A DNA stretch of 64,000 nucleotides from Hormiphora californensis (taxonomy: Eukaryota; Animalia; Ctenophora), in contig CM035358.1 of the NCBI GenBank assembly GCA_020137815.1, positions 6,200,001 through 6,264,000 on the forward strand, written 5' to 3'. Positions 46,758-56,500 of the stretch are shown here, one piece after another. Made by a program: the position numbers and the translations under genes. The notes below the pieces were generated by a model. That model did not search any database. It saw only the letters and a list, made by a program, of their open reading frames with translations, and had not been told where the DNA came from. Every line of letters starts with the position of its first letter. Position 1 is the stretch's first letter.

Positions 46758-47954
46758 TTCACTCATATAGGGAATATCATTTTATCACGCGGAAGCTCTG
46801 CTGAGTGCGTTGTATTCATTTGTTATGTATACTAAAACTTATTTGTAATCTTGTAATCTTGTAATCTTGTAATATTCATTTCTGAATTCTTCTGATCCGA
46901 TCACAGCTCCCAAGTGTCTGGCTCCTCTCTTGGTGACAGTGACTCCCGTATCCTTGAAAAGGTTGATCGCCTCATCGTAGTATTCCGGTTTTACTATTAG
47001 GATACTCTTCCCTGGGTTGACGTGGTATCCAAATGACGCACCGTTGATGTATACGTCCTCGTACCAGTCAAGTAGATTGGAAATAGTTCCGGCCGCATTG
47101 CCGTCATCGGCAAACCAAGCTTGAAAGGTATCATGTTGCTCTACTAGGTCGATTAGAGGAGCGATACCTACACAGTATAATCCCATAGAAGAGGGACATC
47201 CCTGGGTGGCACCTTCTTCACTGCTCAGGATATTACCTCCAGTGTACAAGTCGCGAGGGGAACCATAGAGGTTGGTGAAAAATGTGTTCATGATGGGGCA
47301 GACCACACTGGAGTGATATAAAGCCAATTTGCGATTTAACGAGTTGAAGGCATTGCGGGCGTCTAGGAGTAGTACTCCCTGGCATTCCGGGCTTGAAAAC
47401 TTGTCGTTGAGCGCATGTATAGCTGCCTCACAGCCACCATTTGTCCCTGCGGCAAGCTGGAACTTCCCTGCCGTCACCTGAATTTCTTGCTTTTGACTTC
47501 TCATAACTGATTTGGCCAAAACTCTCCTCCATTTATTTATTTATTAAATCTATATAATAATTTACACAGTTTGATGTATAAAATTATCAGCCCCTTTTTG
47601 TGGGCAAAAAACGGTTGATCAAAGATATGAGTCCATTTAAGAGTCCAGTTTATAAAGATAGTCTATGAAAAGTTTATCGCTCCTTTCCGTATCCGAAATT
47701 GTCTTTCGGGATTCGATTCCCTTAACTCCTTCAATGTAAGGTGAAGTTCCCTCCTCTCCGTTCTCTCTACGAGTGACATATCTCTTGACAAGTATACACC
47801 GCAGTACGATTCGGACTGTTTCAACTGCCTAGCCTTCTGGAGAAGGCTCAGCAGCATTTCTCTACTCTGTAGCTTCACGATCACGGGTCTCTCCCTTCCT
47901 TCCCGTTTCAAACCCACCCTTTTAGCTACAACAATAGGTTTCTCATCAAGTTTA

Positions 47955-50900
47955 CAAGTTTACAAGTTTACAAGTTTACAATTAAAGTTTTATTTATAAC
48001 GAAACAGGCCTTCCCTGAATGGGTCCACCTAAATAAATATTAAGTTAAAAACTATCCCTTCACACTCACACTCATCAGCACAGCACAGCACATTGAGGCG
48101 AAAGGTCATTTGGAAGTGGCGGGTACCCTCTGACTGGAGGACGATCATGAAATCCTGTCAAGTAATTGCCCAATGCTGATTTGAACTGATTCAAGCTCAC
48201 ACATGAATTGACAGCAGCTGGTAGAGTGTTCCATAAATGAGCTGCTCTAGGACCGAATGAGCAATGAAATTGATTAGCTCGTTTGGTTTCTGCTCTGTAG
48301 GGGTAAGGTGGAGGGACTATCCGCGTACCCAATCTAGCGTGCTGTTGAATTACTAGGTGGGCGGAATTCGGTACAAAACCCTGAATCGTCTTCCACACAT
48401 GGATCAGCATATAGCGCTGCCTCCGACGCTGAAGGGACATAAGATTGAGCAATTTCAGCCTATCCCAATAGTCATGACCCTTCATACCATCAAGACGTCT
48501 GGTGAAACATCTCTGTACATTCTCAATAGCCTTGATATCACTGGCCTTGGATGGGCTCCAGACAAGGCAACAATACTCTAGTATAGGCCTGACCAAAGAC
48601 TTAAAGAGTTGCAACATGACGTCTGGTGAACGGTCTCTAAACACACTGAATATCCAACCACACAAAAGGGAAGCCTTCCTCACAATAGTAGAGATATGTT
48701 TCGACCATGTACCGTCCGCAGACATCTGAACACCTAGGTCGCGGACATCCGGATCTGGCATCAACTGAACCCCTGACCCGGTCGTGTATGAGAACACCTC
48801 TGCTGAGAAAGGAAACTCACTGAAGATCGCCGATTTATTCAGTCTATAACTCAGGAGTTGGAATTTGTTCTCATGTAACTTCATGTTATTCATCCTTGCC
48901 CACTCAGTAACTCTCAAAAGATCGTTCTGAAGGCAGGCCTGAGTAGTCATATCCGATATAGCTTTCATCAACTTAGTGTCATCGGCAAAAGTGAGACACA
49001 TGCTACCATCCAGCACTGATTCCAGGTCCAGGATATAGATGAGAAAAAGTAGTGGTCCAAGCACACTGCCCTGGGCAACCCCACTTAGTACGTCAACCCA
49101 GAGTGACCTAACTCCATCCACCATTACACACTGTTTCCTGCTCAGGATCCACGCACTGATCCATTTATGAAGTTGTCCTCCAATACCGTACCTTTTCAGC
49201 TTGGCCAGCAAAACATTGATATCAACTGAGTCGAAGGCCTTGCTAAAATCCAAATAAATTATGTCAACTTCCTGGCCATTGCATAATTCGTTTAAAATGT
49301 AGTCAACGTGGGTAAGAAGCTGAGACATGGTGCTGCGCCCAGTCCTAAATCCATGCTGTGTCTCACTCTGTAAGCCCATTTCGTCCAAGTAGTCAACTAT
49401 CCGCTTCCTAACCAGCCGCTCAAACACCTTAGATAGGTGGCTCGTTATAGACACAGGGCGATAATTCTCAGGTTTCGATTTAGCCCCCTTTTTGAACAGC
49501 GGTGTAATGAACTGTTGCTTCAGGCAACTAGGGACAGTACCGTCTTCAAATGATCTGTTCCACAGCATCCAAATCGGGTATGACAAGCTACTGCTACACT
49601 GTTTCAGAACACAGGAAGGAATGCAGTCTGGAGGGGAGGCTGAGAATGGTTTCAGTTCCCCCAACGCAGTCTGAATACAATTCTGCGAGAACTCCAAACT
49701 TGTCAGGATCTCACCGAGGTCCTCAACGTTACCAGCTGCCTCTGTGGGGTCGATAGCGGAAGGGTCGCTAAAAACGCTGGAAAACTGGTGTTGGAGTAGT
49801 CCAGCCTTCTCTTGAGGATTCACAGTTAGTGAACCATCTTCACGCTCAAGGGGTGCAACTGAAGATCTGACTTTAGATTTCTTCTTGACATGTGAATAAA
49901 AGAACTTCGGGTTCTCTTTAATTACGTCAACAGCCTTCCTCTCTGCCTTCTTTTCCCTTGATATCAAGTGTTCCTTTATCCTGCCGATTATATAGTCAAT
50001 CTGTGATTTCCGTTCTCGCGTTTAAACAATTTACGTCTCCTGCTGGTCAAGTGCTTCAGCTCTTTGTCAACAAAATCCTTCCTGATTTTCTTCAACCGAC
50101 AGTGTTTCTTAACAACTTTGAAAACTTTATCACGCATGGCCTCCACAAAAAGGGAACCATCCTCATCTCCCAGTTCTTCACATTCCGTCAACATTTGATC
50201 CCAATCAGTAGCCGCTAGTTCCGCATCAATACTAGTGAAGTCGGCCGACTGAAGATCCAATTGCCGATAACCCTCAAGTGTACTGGGAAGAAATAAACTT
50301 TTAGGACCGAGAGGGTTGAAAGAGAGTTCACATGATACCCAGGAATGATCCGAGATGCCCCCATCCGTAATAGAGATATCGCTGAAATATTCCGGGCGGT
50401 TAGTAAACACAAGGTCTAACGTGTTGTTGCCTCTTGTAGGGCCCTCGACAACTTGGGATAGAAAGTTTGCGTCCATGAAATCAGCAACAACATTGTAGTT
50501 AGGCTGGTCAACCGGAACAGACGACCCATCAGCCCACTGAAAAAGAGGAAGATTAAAGTCCCCAGAAACTATGACCTCTGGTAATCGATCATCACTGTGA
50601 TTATCAATAAAAGTCTGGAGATTGTCCATCAGCTTTTGAAAATCTAACACACTTGACTCAGAGCGATACACAACAGCATAAATAGTGTTTATTTGTTCAA
50701 CATAAACAGCACACATATTGTTATTCGCACTCGCAAAACATGTAGTATCAGAAACAGCCAGCGAACATTGAACATATAAGGCACAGCCACCGCCCACTCG
50801 GTTTTCTCTATCACTTCTATACACGTCATACCCTGGTATCTGAACCTGAGCATCAGAATGATAGCCTTTAAACCAAGTCTCAGTTACTGCAATGGTTACT

Positions 50901-51962
50901 ATGGGAGTTTTCTCTTGCTTAACATAGTCTCTAATAAGCCCAAGTTTCCAACATGTATCACCTGCTGGACTTAAACTTCTCCCATTTAACAGTAAAAGTT
51001 TGCTCGTAGGCGAGACAGGCCCTAACGTTCCCTCCACGTTCGTCTTGGATCCAGTCTCACGTCTAGCATTTCTCTCATTCTCGCGTCCATTCTCGCGTCC
51101 ATCGCCCCCAAGAGTCTTTCGAAAAAAGCCTGCTCATCAAATGGGGCTGGCTCCCGTGATGCATTGGAGCTCGGTTGCTGGGACCGTGGTATATTAGTGT
51201 TCCTATCCGTAGTGTTTGTAGCATAGGGTGTCATGGTTTTTGGCCTGCTCACGTCGGTTGCCTGGGTGTTATTTGGCTTCGTGTTGGCAGGAGCACGACG
51301 TGTGTTCCTCAGATGCTGAAAACGACAGTCAGTCTTGAGACATTGATGACTGAACTGCGAGGAACGACACAGGGGTGGGTGGAAATAGCGACATTCCTTA
51401 CCCAGCTGACATCCGTACTTCTTCATAGATCCATGTGAGCAGTACTTCCGGCACAGTGGAGGGTGTGACTTCTGGCAAGCAACTCCATTGACATTCTTCG
51501 TTCCAGCACGACCATGCTTACAGCGATGTTGAAGGTATTGCTGGCACACTGGGATTGGTTTGTCTGCCTCACTATCGATCTTTTTCTCTGTTTCCTTGGG
51601 TAGTTCTTTCTCCTTCCTGTCCCCGGCTGTGGTCACCTCCCCTGGTTTCTCGCCAACCTCAGCCGTCGACAAGAAACTGAACTTCCTCCTCAAACTGTCA
51701 TCATTTGCCTCACTAGCTGCACTTTTAGGAGGACTGGCAAACTCCCCGTTTTCGCCAGAGAAAGTTTCCAGTCTGTTCTTTTTCATGCAGCCTGAGCAAA
51801 TCCAAACAAAACCAGGGACACTACACTTGGGCTGCTCCTGGATTAGGTGGCAGTTGTGGCTACCACCACCACAGCTACTGCAGTTGAACCTGGATTTTTC
51901 TCCTCGTTTCATTGTGTAATCCAACTCACAGGTCTCGCAAAACTGAGGGAAGAGACCCTCGA
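47955..51962 (-). mobile_element. 5'-truncated CR1-group LINE (element C) inserted in element B
   Basis: Starts within ORF1 at AIEGLF, homologous to element A ORF1 (MAIEGLF). PHD/CCCH region, ORF2 APE-RT, and tail (TTGTAAAC)n at ~47955-47982. Confidence 0.9.
48075..51127 (-). pseudogene. LINE C ORF2 (APE + RT) broken by a frameshifting deletion near 50020
   Basis: ORFs 51037-49988 (APE: VTETW, GDFN, LDL, SDH) and 49967-48075 (RT: ENYRPVS, QHGFR, DFSKAFD, QGSVLGPLLF, FADD). The segment aligned to element A around RRRKLFKR/ERKSQID is shorter and out of frame. Confidence 0.85.
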
Positions 51963-52685
51963 TAGCCAAAACGTTCTCTATCTCACATTTCAACACAGAT
52001 TCAGATTCCGCCTCAACTTCCGGTAGACCAAACACCATCAGATTTTTGGATCTGTCTGGATCTGGACTCGAATCAACTTTTTTGCCATGAGCTTTCCCTT
52101 CATCTTTCTTGATATTTTTCGGTGCAAGAGCAGACCTACAATTCTGCGTCAAGACAGTTGAGAAAGAGCGCAGATCTTTCTGCACTGTTTCGGTTACTCG
52201 ATGTAGTTGAGTGTCCTGAAGCTCAATGACCTGCTCTTGTAACCTAATAGTCTTTCTCAACAGGTCATCCATCTCAACTCTCAATATATCCTCTTTTTTC
52301 TGCAACTCCAAACTCTTTCTCAACAGTTCATCTCTTTCTTCCTTTAATTCCAACTCAGGCGACTTCTCGACGTTGAAACGATGTTGGAAGTACTTTAGAA
52401 GTGGCAAGGTCGACATAAATACATCTTCTAATACAGATGCCAAATCACGTTTCGTGTGGGATGAGTGGATATTGAAAGATGTCGGTATTTCCCTGATATC
52501 CTCAGGGCTACTCCCTAACTTTCTGGCTAAGTCCGGTGAAGGAATCCCTGCATACTTGACCATGGTCAGGATCCGGCTCGCATACCAATCCAAATCAGCC
52601 TGAGTCAGCTCCTCTTGACGTACTGGAATAACTGTCATATCGTACGGTCTGCCCATAGGGGCTGTTACACCACCATATCTACCTG

Positions 52686-52729
52686 CTCAAATTAATTTGT
52701 TTAAAGTAGTGTTGAAAAGTTTGAAACTC
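52686..52729 (-). other. Spliced-leader-like 44-nt sequence at 5' end of element B
   Basis: GAGTTTCAAACTTTTCAACACTACTTTAAACAAATTAATTTGAG. It is shared (30/31 nt) with the 5' end of element A and, from memory, resembles ctenophore SL exons ending AATTTGAG. The first 6 nt overlap the TSD. Confidence 0.75.
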
Positions 52730-53511
52730 TCCTCCAAGTTTCACCTATTCCAATAGGTCGAGTGCCACCATCGGATTTCGCCATGGGTATGAGTTTGGAA
52801 GCGCAGAAGATATCAAGGAATCGAGGGTGGATGGGACTGGTTGCTAACTTCCGGGCCACCATGCTGAGACTGTCACGGAGGTCGGCGGTAGATCTTTTGA
52901 ACTTCCTAGAACAAAGGATCCGTTGGATGCCGACCGCGTCTAATCCACTCGGGCCTGCAGATCCTCGCAGGTTTCTGGCACATTTGTAGATCGACTCGCC
53001 TGTAATTTTGTCGAAAGTTACAGGAACACTCAGATTTGAACGTTTCCCGAAAAGTTTGAAGCGGGGGGTTCGAAAGTTTGGACAAGTTTTTGCTTAGCTT
53101 TTGAAAATAGTCCAACGCACATTTTAATTTTAAATGTAACGCGCGAAATATAATATAACTACGCTGCAAATGTGCGCGCCAAATAAGGCCAAATAAAAAT
53201 TTCAGCTTCCAAAAATTTCAAAATCGAAAAACAAAAGTTTTCTGTTTTTGTTTTTAGGGTTTTGTATTTGTTTTCGTCTTTTACTCGTGTATCCATCACT
53301 TTTAGTACTTACAAACCATCTAGAAATGTCAAAAGGTATATCTTCAATGAAATTTTTCGTTAAAACTTTACTTTGAATTGCATTATTAACAAATTTCTTC
53401 CCCTCAGACACCCACATAACCCGTGCATGGGCCGATATTGGCGAACTGAGGACAGCTGTAAGTTCATCTGAATCCATTCAGCGGTTATGAACCTAACATA
53501 CCATTTTTCAG

Positions 53512-56500
53512 ATGAGTGGGGTTGAAAGAAAGCTGATAGAGTACAACGCCCAGAGGAACCACCGTGGAAATCGACCACTTTTTACTGACCGTGATGTCAC
53601 CAACATCACAGCTGATTCAGTCCCACGAATGGTTGTTGAAACACGGGATCCTAGACTCGATAACCTCCGTCGGGAAACCGATCCCACCAGCACTGCCAGA
53701 CTTTCATCCTCTCCCCTGAGGAAAAACCGGAATGAGGTTCATTTTAGTGACACTGAGAGTGTATCTACCATTCACAGTTCAGCCCGACCTGTATCTGACC
53801 CTAAAGCATACGAGCAGGGAATGATGAAGCTGAAAGAAACAATTCTCCGGCAAAAGCAGCAGTTAGCGACAAAGAAACGTAATCCTGAGGAGCAAGAGGT
53901 TCGATTCTTGGACCCTGCCATTTACAATACCTCAAGGACAACTAATAACAACAGTGCTTCCAGCAGTAGAGTACCGGGTGCCGCCAAGGATGTCGCCCGT
54001 AAGAGAATTAAAGCCACAGCCCCTGTTATACAAAACTATCCGGGGTGTAACGAAGCACAGAAACCTGTTAGAAAAGTTGTGCAACCTGCACCAGCTGCTG
54101 AACCTGCTCCTCCAGCTGCGGTAACTAGACATCCAAAACGGAGGGTAACTGCAACAACAGGCGATAAAGGTGCCATTATAACGACCTCTAGTTGGCGGCA
54201 AGGTGCCGCACTGACCCGCAAAGTTCTGAGCAACAAAACCCAGGAGACAACTAGCACGACCACGAGTGTCACCAGTGAAAAGTCAAGCGAGAAATCTGAA
54301 TCGGTAAAGCAGCCGAAGTCTAAGACATTTATATCAGCTCCCCCAAAACGGGCAAGGTCCCCAGTGAAAAAGACTAAAATCAACACGCCTCCAGTGGAAG
54401 AAGTCCCCGTTGTGAAGGCAAAACATTATGACACGGCGAAGGTGCAGCGGTATATTGAAAACACGAGGAAGCAGCGGAAGAAGCAGCAACAGGACGAGAA
54501 GAAGAAGTTAGAGGAGGCTGAAAAGAAGAAGGAGGAGCGATTGCAGGATTTGTATAGTTTTCAAAAGAAAGCTCTGAAACGAAGTAAAGGTGCTGCTTCT
54601 CCATCTCCAGTCTCATCGAACGAGCAGTAGATCAACTAAAACCACCTCCAGTGAGAGTGAGAAGGAGAATACCCTGACCGATCCACACTGAGACAGATCA
54701 TCCTGAGAAGGAAGACGAAGGGAGAGTTCCTGAGGATATTCCGCTAATGCCAGACTTTCTTCCGTTGAGAGATCACTGTGGGATTGTGGATATCCCGCTC
54801 ATTCCACCCACCGACACTTTAGATAGGACTCTCACTGAAATCGAGGTACCAACAACCACCACCACAGCAGCAGGAATCTGAAGAACCGGAGTTACTGGAA
54901 CAGTATCTGGAGCCAGTTCGGTCTTCTCCCCAGCTGGAAATGTATAGTGAACAGAAGAGAAGAATGGACGCGATTCGGCAAACTGCCTTAGCACTGAGGT
55001 AATATTGATGTTGTAATGATCGTGGCACACCCAAGACGTGCCTCAACCCTCCCTATCTAGTAGTTGTGATCATTATATTGCAGTTGTTCTAACATACGAA
55101 CTTGTTTCCAATTCTACTAACAAACCTTATATTCATTTCCAGGCAAAAGATATACGATGAAACGAACCGGTTGACGGCAGAAGCCTCCAAATTCACTAGG
55201 ACTGCTACAACTTTACCTCACAAACACGCCTGGCAGGAAGAGTCAACACGTGATCAGTCACGTGATCAGTCACGTGATGTTGTGTCACGTGATGTTACTA
55301 AGGAGGACCAGGAGGAGGAATCTAGTACTAGTTACGCTAGTTTGATTGATAGGTAGGATACCTGTTACCAATTGCAATCTCCCGCTACCACGGGACCATA
55401 TAACTAGTGTCTAGGGAACCAGCCTCATGATAGTCATTGTTCTAACTACCCAACTTATTTTCCAGGTCCATTTCCCCTCCGGTACGAGAGGAGATTCAGC
55501 CAGAACCTTACCAGTTTCCAGTAACAGCAGATCCGTATAGTATCATCAACATATACGCTAGAAAACGGCAGCTTGGTTAGTTGAGAGAGAGAGAGAGTGA
55601 GAGAGAAAGAGAGAGAGAGAGAGATGGCGTGGGAAAAATTCGTTCCATGCTTGTTAGGTATGCATATCGTTATTCCTGCTTGCGCTAAACTGTCATCCTA
55701 ACATATCTCTATCTTTATCTTTTCAGAGGTGGAAAGGATAGAGGAAGAATCAAGGTTGAGAAAGGAGGCTGAAGATCGTCGACAAGAAGAAGAGGACCGT
55801 GTCGCTAGATTAGAGGAGGAAAGAAGAGAGAAAGAAGACAGATTAGCAGAGAAGCTCGCTGTAGAGATTGAGCAAGATGAGAGGGACATGGAGGCTCTAC
55901 GAGAGAGAACTTTATCTCGGTCTACAACAGCTCTTGAAACTGCTGACCAGACCCACAACACAACCGGGCTGTCCTCAATTCTCGGCCGGTACACGGAGGA
56001 GGAGGAGGGGGAGGGGGTGGAGAAATCAGAGATAAATAATACTGAGTGAGTGTTATTTTAGATTAGTCTAAAAATGTGCATAGATTTTCATTTTTCACGC
56101 TGTTATTATTCTTATTTGGGTTACCTCATGAGTCATGCTCATTACAATAAACTAAAACCTGACAATCTCCAGGTCCCTTCTAAGAACCTCGGACGACTCA
56201 GATGCAGATGACTCTCAACTAATATCCGCTGCCCCTGATCTCACGGAAGAGGCCCTCTTCTCTCCGGGTGGTCTAGAGAGAAAGATGAGGGGTGAACTGG
56301 CGAGATATGATACTTATAGTGCTGGTTTGGAGCATCTGAATACCCTGCAACACGCCCAAACACACGCTGAGTCTCAACAGGATACTGTTGCTCTGGCAAG
56401 GGCCCTACAGGTACCAACAAAATACATATTATTATAGCCCTCACTTGGTTGCCAAACCATGAGATATAGGCGTTATTTGTTTTGACCAACTAGAAGTAAC

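Larger units (their letters stand above)
42471..46871 (+). mobile_element. Full-length CR1-group LINE (element A) inserted in the CRE element
   Basis: Flanked by ATATTC direct repeats (42465-42470, 46872-46877); 3' tail (TTGTAATC)n; ORF1 plus ORF2; 5' end carries the SL-like leader. Confidence 0.92.
47532..52723 (-). mobile_element. ORF1-only non-autonomous retroposon (element B), full length, interrupted by element C
   Basis: 13-bp direct repeats AAACTCTCCTCCA (47519-47531, 52724-52736) and a (TAAA)n tail at 47532-47546. The ORF 52656-~51965 resumes at ~47954-47663 (..ENVLA|KLDEKP..RPVIVKL..VYLSRD..RIRKG). No RT of its own. Confidence 0.85.
40836..53030 (-). mobile_element. CRE-clade non-LTR retrotransposon (RT + C-terminal restriction-like endonuclease), 5'-truncated, split into three pieces by nested insertions
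   Basis: Pieces ~53030-52737 (GPSGLD..LIPMAKSDGGTRPIGIGETWRRV), 47531-46872 (LAKS..GGCEAAIH..LLDARNAFNSLNR..EGATQGCP..WFADD..GYHVNPGKS..RHLGAVIGSEEFRNEY) and 42464-41193 (IMDL..GGLGL..CACG..HALSC.KGG..RHD..RMD..FFDVRV..EQRKKRSY..FTPLIMSTTGG). They rejoin in frame with no stops once the inserts are removed. Outer boundaries are tentative. Confidence 0.9.

Noticed and set aside
51022-52656. 544-aa ORF as a single native gene
   Set aside because: It is a junction product of elements B and C; B's own C-terminus resumes at ~47954.
41193-53030. Idea that the CRE element targeted an SL RNA gene, as trypanosome CRE/SLACS elements do
   Set aside because: The SL-like sequences lie inside the TSDs of the nested inserts and are not immediately followed by the GT donor of an SL RNA gene; they belong to A and B, not to the CRE target.
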